A DNA stretch of 64,000 nucleotides from Thermodesulfobacteriota bacterium (lineage in GTDB: Bacteria; Desulfobacterota; Desulfobulbia; Desulfobulbales; SURF-16). The notes under the pieces were generated by a model. The model did no database searches and was not told the DNA's origin. It saw only the letters and a program-made list of their open reading frames with translations. This document shows positions 18,549 to 27,942 of the stretch, in pieces. The stretch's first letter is position 1, and each line of letters opens with the position of its first letter. Where the stretch lies: contig JBFMAY010000001.1 in the NCBI GenBank assembly GCA_040755455.1, positions 160,001-224,000 on the forward strand, given 5' to 3'. The position numbers and the translations under genes were made by a program.

Positions 18549-18742
18549 AAAAATAACTGTAACATCGCCATTACGGTGAACGGCATAACGGGCCGTAACG
18601 AAATGGTCAGAGATGTAATGGTTATTGCAACGGCCCCTAACCCGATATAAAAAAACAATATCGTCGTCCCGATGTCAGAGACGGCATAAGGGGCCGTAAC
18701 GAAATGCTCAAAAAAGAAGAGGTTATTTCGCAACGGCCCTAA
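18536..18742. repeat. Two tandem copies of a ~102-bp hairpin repeat (MITE/REP-like); four ~51-bp subunits, each starting with TAA
   Basis: Subunits start at 18536, 18586, 18638 and 18687. Shared cores ACGGCATAA(C/G)GGGCCGTAACGAAATG and GGTTATT(TC)GCAACGGCCC. A third copy lies at 59500. Confidence 0.85.
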
Positions 18743-18757
18743 ATAAAGGAGTGGAAA

Positions 18758-19435
18758 ATGTATATAGCACGCCATATGACCTCACCGGCGCTGACTGTTT
18801 CCCCGGACACCCTGCTGCCGGATGTCCGTGAAATCATGAATACCCGCAGGTTCAGGCACCTGCCGGTGGTCGATGAGCAGCAGCGGTTGATCGGTATGAT
18901 CACCGACCGGGATCTGCGTTCCGCCTATCCCTCCTCGCTGCTGCCCGAGGACAAGCGGCTGGCTATCCTGGAGAAGGTGGCCAAGACCGAGGTCAGGTCC
19001 ATCATGTCCCAGAAGATCATTGCCATTACCCCGCTTTCCACCCTGGATGATGCCCTCTATTTCCTGTCCAAGGAAAAAATCGGCATGCTGCCGGTGGTTG
19101 ATGAGGAACAGCATGTTATCGGCGTCTTTTCCGTCCATGACCTCATGATGGCCTATAAAAAACTCTATGGCATCGGCGATCGCGGTTCCGCACTGATTGC
19201 CGTGGAGGATGACGGCAAGCCGAAACCTCTGACCAGAATCGTCCGGGTGCTGGAGGAGCGGGAAATCCGCTTTTCCCGCCTGACCAGGGTCCATGGCGAG
19301 GCCGGGGAAAAGAAGATCATCTATCTGCGCGTCCATACCTTCAACCTCAATGTGGTGCATAAGGCGCTGAAAGAAATCGGCATGACCATGATGGTTCCCG
19401 ATCTGCAGGAAATTCTGCCAAAGCCCCATGCCTGA
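18758..19435 (+). CDS. CBS + ACT domain protein (AcuB family)
   Basis: Tandem CBS domains (FRHLPVVD...IGMITDRDLR; IGMLPVVD) and a C-terminal ACT-like domain. Confidence 0.88.
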   Translation: MYIARHMTSPALTVSPDTLLPDVREIMNTRRFRHLPVVDEQQRLIGMITDRDLRSAYPSSLLPEDKRLAILEKVAKTEVRSIMSQKIIAITPLSTLDDALYFLSKEKIGMLPVVDEEQHVIGVFSVHDLMMAYKKLYGIGDRGSALIAVEDDGKPKPLTRIVRVLEEREIRFSRLTRVHGEAGEKKIIYLRVHTFNLNVVHKALKEIGMTMMVPDLQEILPKPHA

Positions 19436-19506
19436 TCGAGCCGGTCTGAGCTTTTTCTCGCAATACCGGTAACTACCGCAGCAACCTGGGGGGAGGTGGG
19501 TTCATC

Positions 19507-21384
19507 ATGAACGCAGAAAATGCAGGCTGTGATCCTGACTGGCAGAACCGTTACAGCGACATGATTGCCACCGCCCGAAAGGCGGTCTCCCATGTGAAGC
19601 ACGGGCAGCGGGTTTTTATCGGCACCGGCTGCGGCGAACCGGTTGAACTGGTCAAGGCGTTGACCGACCGTGCCGGCGAGCTGGCGGATGTGGAGATTAT
19701 CCACTTGATCACCAAAGGTGAGGCCCCCTATGCCTGCAAACGTCTGGCCGATTGTTTTTCGGTCAACAGTTTCTTCATCGGCGCCAATGTGCGCGATCAT
19801 ATTCAGGAAGGGCTTGGGCATTACACCCCCATGCTGCTGTCCGATATCCCCAGGATCTTCAGTTCCGGCCAGATTCCCCTGGATGTGGTCCTGCTCCAGG
19901 TGACACCGCCGGACATGCGGGGCAAGGTCAGCCTGGGCGTGTCCGTTGATATCGTAAAAAGCGCGGCGGAAAACGGCTCGCTGGTCATCGCCCAGGTCAA
20001 TCCCCTGATGCCCAGGACCCTGGGGGATTCCTTCCTTGATATCTATGATCTCGACATCCTGGTTCCCATTGCCACCCCGCTCATCGAGCGGCAAGCCGGT
20101 CCGCCCAACGAGGTGACCAGAAAGATCGGCGGCTATATCGCCTCGCTGGTGGAGGATGGCTCTACGGTGGAATTCGGCATCGGCACGATTCCCCAGGCCC
20201 TGGTGGAATTTCTCAAGGACAAGAAGGACCTGGGCATCCATACGGAAATGCTGAGCGAAGGTGTCATCGAGCTGATTGAAGCGGGCGCGGTCACCGGCAG
20301 AAGGAAAACCCTGGATGCCGGCAGGATCGTCACCAGCTTCTGCATGGGCACCAAAAAGCTCTATGACTATGTGGACAACAACCCTCTCTTCTGTTTCCGT
20401 CCCACCGAATATGTCAATGATCCCTTCATCATCGGCAGGCAGCATAAGATGGTGGCCATCAATATGGCCCTGGAGGTTGACCTCACCGGCCAGGTCTGCG
20501 CCGATTCCTTGGGCTCAAAGTTCTACTCGGGCATCGGCGGCCAAGTTGATTTCAACCGTGGCGCGGCACGGTCAAAGGGGGGCAAGGCCATCATCGCCAT
20601 GCCGTCCACGGCGCTTGATGACACGGTGTCCCGCATCGTGACCCGGCTCGCCACCGGCGGCGGGGTTGTTACTTCCCGCGGGGAAGTGCATTATGTCATC
20701 ACGGAATACGGCATTGCCTATCTGCATGGCAAAAGCGTGCAGGAGCGCTGCCTGGCCCTGATCAGCATCGCCCATCCCCATTTTCGGGAGCAGCTGCTGA
20801 AGGAGGCCATTGAGGCAAAATACATCCGCCAGGAAATGTCTGATGTGGAAGGTCGTTTCATGGTGGCCTCCCAGGAAATGAAGACATCGGTGCTGCTTGA
20901 TGACGGCACCCAGATCAATTTCCGCCACGTTCATCCCACCGATCTGCCGCGCATGCGCGATCTGCTCTACGCCCTGTCCCAGGAAACGATCTATTACCGG
21001 TTCATGACCCGCTCCCAACGTTTTGCCCATAGTCAGATCCAGAACTTCGTCTATGTGGATCACCGCAAGGATGTGGCCATCGTGGCCACGGTGCCCGAGG
21101 CCCACGGGGAGGATATCATTGCCATCGGCCGTTATTATCTTGATGAACGGACCAACCGGGCGGAGGTGGCCTTTGTGGTCCACGATCAGTGGCAGAACCG
21201 GCATATCGGCACGTTTCTCTTCAAATATCTGGCGGCCCTGGCCAAGCGCAGCGGCATTGCCGGGTTTACCGCGGAGGTGCTGCTGGAAAACAGAAGGATG
21301 CAGGCCATATTCAACAGTTCCTCTTTGAAGGTGGAAAGCCAGAGGGAAGAGGACGTCTACCGGTTCAAGATCGAATTCGATTAG
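19507..21384 (+). CDS. Acetyl-CoA hydrolase/CoA-transferase fused to GNAT acetyltransferase
   Basis: LGIHTEM, EVDLTGQVCADS, SGIGGQVDF, VTSRGEVHYVITEYG; C-terminal GNAT (YYRF, AEVAFVVHDQWQNRHIGT, EVLLENRRM). Confidence 0.92.
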   Translation: MNAENAGCDPDWQNRYSDMIATARKAVSHVKHGQRVFIGTGCGEPVELVKALTDRAGELADVEIIHLITKGEAPYACKRLADCFSVNSFFIGANVRDHIQEGLGHYTPMLLSDIPRIFSSGQIPLDVVLLQVTPPDMRGKVSLGVSVDIVKSAAENGSLVIAQVNPLMPRTLGDSFLDIYDLDILVPIATPLIERQAGPPNEVTRKIGGYIASLVEDGSTVEFGIGTIPQALVEFLKDKKDLGIHTEMLSEGVIELIEAGAVTGRRKTLDAGRIVTSFCMGTKKLYDYVDNNPLFCFRPTEYVNDPFIIGRQHKMVAINMALEVDLTGQVCADSLGSKFYSGIGGQVDFNRGAARSKGGKAIIAMPSTALDDTVSRIVTRLATGGGVVTSRGEVHYVITEYGIAYLHGKSVQERCLALISIAHPHFREQLLKEAIEAKYIRQEMSDVEGRFMVASQEMKTSVLLDDGTQINFRHVHPTDLPRMRDLLYALSQETIYYRFMTRSQRFAHSQIQNFVYVDHRKDVAIVATVPEAHGEDIIAIGRYYLDERTNRAEVAFVVHDQWQNRHIGTFLFKYLAALAKRSGIAGFTAEVLLENRRMQAIFNSSSLKVESQREEDVYRFKIEFD

Positions 21385-21501
21385 TCCGCCACCCAGTCTG
21401 ACTATTTTTTGCCTGCCGGCATCTCCGCCTTGCTTCTTCTGGGGGGAAATGTCATGATTTAAACGTCATGATGTTTTGTTCAAGTTTTTGTGTGCCTCGC
21501 C

Positions 21502-22977
21502 ATGGGAAATACCTCGCCGCTAAAGATATTTGTCTTATTGACCCTGCTGATCGGTCTGATCGAGCAGGGCTTGATGTATTTTCTCGGTGCCGGCGCCATT
21601 GCCCTGCATCCTTTTGTCGTGGGCATGCTGGATTCGTTTTTCCTCATCCTGATCCTTTTTCCCTTTCTGTATCTGCTCGTCTACCGGCCTTTTGGCAAAA
21701 ACATGGAAAACCTCTGCCAGGCAAAGGAAAGGGCGGAGGAGGCGCATGACCGTCTCCTGTCGGTGCTGGACAGCATTGATGCCATTATCTACGTTGCCGA
21801 CATGCAGACCTATGAACTGCTCTTTGTCAACAGGTACACCAGGGAGATGTTTGGTGACATTACCGGCAGGATATGCTGGCAGACGCTGCAGATCGGTCAG
21901 TCAGGTCCGTGCCCTTTCTGCACCAATGACAAACTGGTCAATGCCGTCGGCGAACCGCAGATGTGCAGATGGGAGTTCCGCAACACGGTCACCGGCCACT
22001 GGTATGATATCCGCGACCGGGCGATCCGCTGGGTGGACGGCCGGCTGGTGCGTATGGAAATTGCCATGGACATCAGCAGCCGGAAGAAATCGGAGGAACA
22101 GATCAGACAGCAGAATACCTTTCTGCATAATGTGCTTGAGTCCCTGCCCTACCCTTTTTATGTGGTGAATACCGATACCTACGAGATTGAACTGGCCAAC
22201 GGCATTGCTCTGCATCAGGGAATCAGCAGGGGCAGGAAATGTTATGCCGCAACTCATGATGCCGATGCTCCCTGTAATTCGGCGGAGCACCAATGCCCAT
22301 TGAATCTCGTGAAAAGGCTGCGGGAGCCGGTTATCGAGGAGCATGTGCACAAGGACCGGCACGGCAATGATAAGTACGTGGAAATTCACGGCTACCCCAT
22401 TGCCGATGAAAACGGCAGGGTCAGCCGGATGATTGAGTATCAGATCAATATCACGGAGCGGAAAAAAGTCGAAGAGGCCCTGCGCCGCATTGCCGTCACC
22501 GATGAGATGACTAAACTGTATAACCGGCGCGGCTTTCTCCTGCTGGCCGAAAAACAGATCAAGATCGCCGACCGCATGCCGGGCGAGCTTTTTGTTCTTT
22601 ATGCCGACTGCGATAAGTTGAAATGGATTAACGACACCCTGGGGCATAAGACCGGCGATCAGCTGATCATGGAAACGGCGGAGATGTTGCAGAATACCTT
22701 TCGGCAGGCGGATATCATCGGCCGCCTGGGCGGCGATGAATTTGTCGTGGTCATGGTGGATGAATCCGGCAAGGAAAGCGTCAATACGGTCAAAGAGAGG
22801 CTGGCAAGCGCCATCGTGAAAAGAAACGAGCTGCCGGACCGCCGGTATGTTCTTTCCCTGAGCTACGGCATTGTCCGCTACGATAAGAACAACCCCTGTT
22901 CCATGGAGCAGCTGCTCTCAAAGGCGGATCATATCATGTACAAGGTGAAAAATGAGCACAGGGAAAAATTACCATAA
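21502..22977 (+). CDS. Membrane-bound PAS-PAS diguanylate cyclase
   Basis: Two TM helices, two Cys-containing PAS domains, I-site RQAD, active site GGDEF. Confidence 0.9.
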   Translation: MGNTSPLKIFVLLTLLIGLIEQGLMYFLGAGAIALHPFVVGMLDSFFLILILFPFLYLLVYRPFGKNMENLCQAKERAEEAHDRLLSVLDSIDAIIYVADMQTYELLFVNRYTREMFGDITGRICWQTLQIGQSGPCPFCTNDKLVNAVGEPQMCRWEFRNTVTGHWYDIRDRAIRWVDGRLVRMEIAMDISSRKKSEEQIRQQNTFLHNVLESLPYPFYVVNTDTYEIELANGIALHQGISRGRKCYAATHDADAPCNSAEHQCPLNLVKRLREPVIEEHVHKDRHGNDKYVEIHGYPIADENGRVSRMIEYQINITERKKVEEALRRIAVTDEMTKLYNRRGFLLLAEKQIKIADRMPGELFVLYADCDKLKWINDTLGHKTGDQLIMETAEMLQNTFRQADIIGRLGGDEFVVVMVDESGKESVNTVKERLASAIVKRNELPDRRYVLSLSYGIVRYDKNNPCSMEQLLSKADHIMYKVKNEHREKLP

Positions 22978-23095
22978 GCCGGTTGATCGCTGTGCAGCTG
23001 TGCTATGAGGGTGCGGAATGCGCTATGCGGTGGCATTGGAAAAAAATCAGGGACCGTTGCCCTCATGCCACGGACCTGAAAAATGTTCCTCGCTC

Positions 23096-23239
23096 TTATT
23101 CCTCATCCTGTGCGTTGCCGCCATCTGTCTCTGACGTGCCGCCTTTTTTATCCTGCCGGCGTTGTTGTTTTTCTTCTTTCTTTTTTTTCTTTGCCAGTTC
23201 TTTCTGGCGTTTATCAAATGAATAATTGTTTTTTGCCAA
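23096..23239 (-). CDS. Small Lys-rich protein (47 aa), not in the ORF track
   Basis: AAGGA SD + TTG start; MAKNNYSFDKRQKELAKKKKKEEKQQRRQDKKGGTSETDGGNAQDEE*; same strand as and downstream of the csp gene. Confidence 0.7.
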   Translation of the reverse strand: MAKNNYSFDKRQKELAKKKKKEEKQQRRQDKKGGTSETDGGNAQDEE

Positions 23240-23367
23240 TGGGGTTCCTTTGGGTTGTATTTATCTCACAGGATTACTTTGATAAGTGATGGCGAACGGC
23301 CAGCCTGGCAATACATCGCCCAGGGATTTGTGTTGCCCTTGGATGAATCTAGCCAGATGGCAGTTTC

Positions 23368-23565
23368 CTAATCTCCGGCGGCCTGTTCCTCAATCTGTCC
23401 CGCACTGCATAGTGCGCATGGCATATTGCCACCAATACATTTATCAATCAACCGCCAGTTGCCGTCAAAGCTCTGGCCCGCATGTTTTTTCCGGCAATGT
23501 TCGCAAACCCATATTTCTTCCGGTTTTCCTTTGCTGCTGATTACAACATACTGAAACATTTTCAT
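23368..23565 (-). CDS. Small Cys-rich hypothetical protein (two CxxC)
   Basis: WVCEHC...PCALC in a 65-aa ORF filling the gap downstream of csp. Confidence 0.55.
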   Translation of the reverse strand: MKMFQYVVISSKGKPEEIWVCEHCRKKHAGQSFDGNWRLIDKCIGGNMPCALCSAGQIEEQAAGD

Positions 23566-23614
23566 CTGTTATTCCAAGTGAAATTAAAGAGCAACGGGGA
23601 GGAGTTCTTCTGTG

Positions 23615-23651
23615 TCGTCTCCTGCCCCGATGTCATCGGGGCAGGAGACGA
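23615..23651. repeat. Perfect 37-bp palindrome
   Basis: TCGTCTCCTGCCCCGATG-T-CATCGGGGCAGGAGACGA. Confidence 0.8.
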
Positions 23652-23677
23652 TTGCATCATGTATGGACTGGGCTGCC

Positions 23678-23709
23678 AAAAAAAAACCCCGCAGAATGCG
23701 GGGTTTTTT
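23678..23709 (-). terminator. Intrinsic terminator of csp (bidirectional form)
   Basis: A-run CCCCGCA-GAA-TGCGGGG T-run. Confidence 0.88.
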
Positions 23710-23729
23710 GTAATGGTCAATGCCGAGGC

Positions 23730-23930
23730 TTACTGCTGGATAACATTCTCGGCCGCCGGGCCTTTCGGGCCGTCGACAACATTAAATTTTACCCGGGCGC
23801 CTTCAGTAAGAGATTTGAATCCTTGGGCCTGGATGGCGGAATGATGGACAAATACGTCCTTGCCGCCGTCCTGCTCAATAAAACCAAAACCCTTCGCATC
23901 ATTAAACCATTTAACTGTACCTTCTGCCAT
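23730..23930 (-). CDS. cspA: Cold-shock protein
   Basis: [18 protein letters not shown]...DVFVHHSAI (RNP1/RNP2); AAGGAG SD. Confidence 0.97.
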   Translation of the reverse strand: MAEGTVKWFNDAKGFGFIEQDGGKDVFVHHSAIQAQGFKSLTEGARVKFNVVDGPKGPAAENVIQQ

Positions 23931-24026
23931 TTTGTACTACTCCTTGAAAACAGGGTTCCTCTTGGGAACCACTTGATAAATTGTCCAACTTACCAACAGG
24001 CAAGTCGGTTGGCAGCTTGTTTGTCC

Positions 24027-24069
24027 AAACAAAAAAACCGCACTTCCTCTCTGCAAGGATTGTGCGGTT
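24027..24069 (-). terminator. Terminator-like hairpin about 100 nt upstream of csp
   Basis: Minus strand AACCGCAC...GTGCGGTT followed by TTTTTGTTT. Confidence 0.55.
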
Positions 24070-24229
24070 ATCTTTTTAGTATTTTTCACTACAAACATGT
24101 ACTGCACACTTTCAATTGGGATAATACACGGCCTGCCTGCAAAAAGCTACATATTTATTTTGCCAAGGGAAATAAGCTCAGCGAACACAAATTTCATCCA
24201 TGGGTCGTCCCATTGATCCGGCGGGCAAT

Positions 24230-26173
24230 TCAGGTGGCCTTCTGCTGGATGATGGGCAGCAGGATGGTGAACGTTGTCCCTTGGCCCGGGCTGCTTGCTA
24301 CTTCGATGCTGCCGCCATGGCGTTTAATGATGCCGTAACTGACGGATAAACCGAGGCCTGTGCCCTTGACGGCCGGTTTGGTCGAGAAAAAAGGTTCGAA
24401 TATCCTGTCCATATCACCCGGGTTGATGCCGACGCCGGTGTCGGCAATATGGATGACGGCCTGCTCGCCCCGTTTTTCCGTGGTGAGTGTGATCTCCCCT
24501 CCCTCCGCGGGCATGGAGGCCTCGGCATTATTGAGCATATTCAGCAGGACCTGTTTGATCTGATCGGCGATGCCTTGAATGGGCGGCAGATCTTCGGCAA
24601 AATATTTCTGCACTCGTATCTTTTTCTGGCTGAATTCCTTTTTGACCAGCAACAGCATGTCCTCGATCGCTTCATGGACATCAAATGTCGTCATGAGGCC
24701 GGTAGTTGGCCGGTTGAAACTCTGCAGATCCTTGGTCAGCTTGGCGATTCGGTCGCATTCCTTGATGGCCAGATTGACCATGTCCCTGTTCTTTTCATCA
24801 AGGGTCTGCCGCTTTCTCAGCCCATCGAGCACGTTGCGTATGCCGTAAATGGGGTTGTTGAACTCATGGGCGATGGAAGCGGACAGCTTGCCGATGGCGC
24901 TCAGTTTTTCCGCATGCAGTAGCTGATTATATGTTTTCTCCAGGGCCTCGCTGCGTTCCGCCACCCTCTCTTCCAGTTTGTCATGGGCCTCCTGCAGGTT
25001 TTCTTCGGCATATTTCCGTTCGGTGATCTCAATCTGCAGTCGCTGGTTGGTCTCGGTCAGCTCTGCCGTGCGTTGGGAAATGGTTGCTTCCAGGCTTGTC
25101 TTGTGCTGCTGCAGCTCTTTTTCCACGTTTTTTCGGGTGTCAATTTCAGCGGTCAGGGAATCATGGATTTTGATCAGCCGTTTCTCCATGCGGCCGATGT
25201 GGAAATAGAAAAGGACAAACAACAGGCTCAACACGGCCATGCAGACGATAACCAGAATGGTTGACACCTGTTGTTTGGCAACATCGTCGGTGAAATCCCT
25301 GATGGCGATGATCTCGCCGATATCCTCGCCGTTCACCTCCTGGAGGGGGCTGAAGCCGCCCCGGTATTTTCTGTCTCCTTCGGTGATGTTGAAGATAAGA
25401 TGTTCTTTTTCGGCATGGGACATCTCCATGTAGTTGTTGATCTCTTTGGGTACGGCATCCATGGTTCTGCCGATGATGACATGCCGGGGTATCTCCTCCC
25501 ACCCGCCATGGCGGCCGGATATTTTCAGCCCTTCTTCCCACAGTTGCCTGTTCAGATGGCGGATATTGACCAGAAAGAAGAAATCATAACCAAGAATGTC
25601 CTTCATGGTCGGGATAATGTATTCTACTTCCCTGCCGAGTTCGATGTAGCCGATCAGTTGATTGTTCACCTGCCAGGGGTGAACGACCCGCAGGGTCAAT
25701 GTGCCGAATGGCCCGAGTTCTATGCCGTAGGAGACAGCCTTTCCTTCCGCGGCCTTTTTCAAGGTGTACCGGTCAATCGCATCGCCATGGCTTGACGGCT
25801 TGTGCACCCGCAGAAAGCAGGTTCTGTCCAGGTTATGAAAGTAGAAGTGGGTAATATGATGCCGGTTTTCAATGTTACGGAAAATGGATTTGGTGCTTTC
25901 ATAGAGAAGCTGACGGTCCCTGGCAAGATAGGCCTGGTAGATCTTTGGGTCGTCCATGACGAAATCAATGAACGTGTTTAAATGCTCCGCCTCATTGCGG
26001 AGAGTGATGGTAAAGAGCTGCTGCACGCTGTTCAACTGCTGCTGGACGTTCTGATCAAACTGATAGCGCTGCAGCCAGTATGCTCCGGAAATGGAGAAGG
26101 CAAGTAGAAAAAGCAGGGCAAAGGCCAGGGGCAGGAGGATGGCTTTGCGTATGTGAATGGTGTAGTTCTTCAT
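24230..26173 (-). CDS. Cache-type sensor histidine kinase (NtrB-like)
   Basis: Two TM helices around a periplasmic domain (CFLRVHKP...GIELG), H-box IAHEFNNP, GTGLGL. ATG 26173 is preferred over the longer ORF start. Confidence 0.9.
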   Translation of the reverse strand: MKNYTIHIRKAILLPLAFALLFLLAFSISGAYWLQRYQFDQNVQQQLNSVQQLFTITLRNEAEHLNTFIDFVMDDPKIYQAYLARDRQLLYESTKSIFRNIENRHHITHFYFHNLDRTCFLRVHKPSSHGDAIDRYTLKKAAEGKAVSYGIELGPFGTLTLRVVHPWQVNNQLIGYIELGREVEYIIPTMKDILGYDFFFLVNIRHLNRQLWEEGLKISGRHGGWEEIPRHVIIGRTMDAVPKEINNYMEMSHAEKEHLIFNITEGDRKYRGGFSPLQEVNGEDIGEIIAIRDFTDDVAKQQVSTILVIVCMAVLSLLFVLFYFHIGRMEKRLIKIHDSLTAEIDTRKNVEKELQQHKTSLEATISQRTAELTETNQRLQIEITERKYAEENLQEAHDKLEERVAERSEALEKTYNQLLHAEKLSAIGKLSASIAHEFNNPIYGIRNVLDGLRKRQTLDEKNRDMVNLAIKECDRIAKLTKDLQSFNRPTTGLMTTFDVHEAIEDMLLLVKKEFSQKKIRVQKYFAEDLPPIQGIADQIKQVLLNMLNNAEASMPAEGGEITLTTEKRGEQAVIHIADTGVGINPGDMDRIFEPFFSTKPAVKGTGLGLSVSYGIIKRHGGSIEVASSPGQGTTFTILLPIIQQKAT

Positions 26174-26490
26174 AACGTCTGGTGTTGCTCCGCAGTAATC
26201 CGGTCTGCATCCTGGGCGGACAGGAATTGTGGTCAGCGGGTAACGGGCTCGTTTACAAAGCAACCGCGGTGGTTCGGTAAAAGAAATGATAGGTATTTAC
26301 CATATATCAACAGGAAGGAGGAATTTTTTTTGGATTTTTACCGGAAACCAGGCAGCGGCCAGGGTTGGCAACGTGACGGAGCGCGAAACCGGGAATTTTC
26401 CAGGAGGGGGGGCAGCAATAAATGTAGAACCGGTAAGGAGCTTTGCGCCTTGGCCAGGGCATGGTGAAGGCTAATCCGCCACAATAACTA

Positions 26491-27687
26491 TCACGCCGGC
26501 TGCTCCTGCTGCGGGCTGACTTGGTGCGGCAGTTTCTGCTGCACCGCCTCCATCAGTTCATGGGCTTCCGCGAAGTCCGGATAAAGACGGATGGTTTTTT
26601 TCAGATAGGATTCGGCGGTATCGTACTGCTTCTGCAGAAAGAGCAGGCTGGCCAGGTTGTAGTTGACCGTCTTGTTCTGCGGGTCAAGCTTCAGGCAGTT
26701 CATATAAAAGTACTTTGCCTTGTCGAAATCCTTCTTTTTCCTGGAACGCAGACCGAGCTTGTTTAAGAAATGGATTGTTTTTTCGATATTGTCATCCTGG
26801 ATTTTCCTGCCGAAGAGGAGATCGGCCTCATCAACCAGGCCGGCCTCGATATAACCATCGAGCACCTCTTTGATCTGATCGGCGTTGTACTTGGCAAGCT
26901 GCTGGGCGTCATCAAGATGCTGCTGGGCCCTGGCGATATTACCTGATCGGGTGCAGGCCCGGGCAAGGCCGATGTGGACGTCAAAGATGTCCGGCAGAAT
27001 GTCGGTTACTTTCTGCAGGTAGTAGGCGAGATTGACATAGTCCTCGCTGGCTTGGTAGATTTCGGCAAGGGCAAGCAGGGCGCTGATAAACTGCTGTTCG
27101 ATGACCAGGGATTTCTTGAAATTCAGTTCGGCATTTTTCCCGTTGCCGAGCTGCTGGTGGATCAAGCCGAGATAATAATAGGGCAGGGCGCTGTCGATGC
27201 GGGCCTGGCTGGCCGCCGCAAAATATTCCAGGGCCTTGTCATACTCCTTGTTTAAGAAAAAATATTTGCCGTTGCTGATCGCCTTGTCGTATTCGGAGGG
27301 ATAATTCCGGTGAGCAATGACCTTTTTCAGTAGGTCTTCCAACTGGTTGATGTTGGGCGGCTTGATGATGTAGTAATCCACCTCCGCCTGCACGCTGCGC
27401 ATGAGATCGCCCCGTTTGTCGGCGCCGGTGATCATGATGAAGGGAAGATCGTAGAATTTCCTTGTCTGGCGGATGAGGCGGAGAAGTTCGATGCCGTTCA
27501 TTTCCGGCATCAGGTAATCACAGAGCACAACCTCAACATCCTCTTCCTGGATCCTCTCCCAGGCCTTCAGGCCGTTGACCGCGCTGCAATAATTATGGTA
27601 GCCAAGTTCGATGAGCATTGATTCAAGCATTTTTCGCATTGACTGGTTGTCTTCAACGATGAGGATATTGCTGTTTTTGTTCTTCAT
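26491..27687 (-). CDS. Response regulator receiver + TPR protein
   Basis: ILIVEDN...LCDYLMPEMNG...KP, followed by multiple TPR-like helical repeats. Confidence 0.88.
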   Translation of the reverse strand: MKNKNSNILIVEDNQSMRKMLESMLIELGYHNYCSAVNGLKAWERIQEEDVEVVLCDYLMPEMNGIELLRLIRQTRKFYDLPFIMITGADKRGDLMRSVQAEVDYYIIKPPNINQLEDLLKKVIAHRNYPSEYDKAISNGKYFFLNKEYDKALEYFAAASQARIDSALPYYYLGLIHQQLGNGKNAELNFKKSLVIEQQFISALLALAEIYQASEDYVNLAYYLQKVTDILPDIFDVHIGLARACTRSGNIARAQQHLDDAQQLAKYNADQIKEVLDGYIEAGLVDEADLLFGRKIQDDNIEKTIHFLNKLGLRSRKKKDFDKAKYFYMNCLKLDPQNKTVNYNLASLLFLQKQYDTAESYLKKTIRLYPDFAEAHELMEAVQQKLPHQVSPQQEQPA

Positions 27688-27942
27688 GGCGGATCAGTCC
27701 TTCGCTGTGTTTTCTGCAAGCATCATAGATATATAATGCAGCCATTACCCATGATACGCAAGGGGAAAAGCGATTTTGCGGAATTTGGCCGGCCGGATAA
27801 ATGGCAAATTCGCGCGGGCTTGCGTTGCATTCCTTAACGGATTGAGCTTAGATAAAGTAAAGCAAGCGGAAAATTTTTCTTACAAGCAGCGCTAACTCCC
27901 TGCCGGACAGGAGACGCAGCGGCAGACCCGGTTACCAGAAAA

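Noticed and set aside
18536..18742. CRISPR array
   Set aside because: The units alternate between two diverged types, the 'spacers' are homologous between copies, there is no identical repeat and no cas gene, and a dispersed copy lies 41 kb away.
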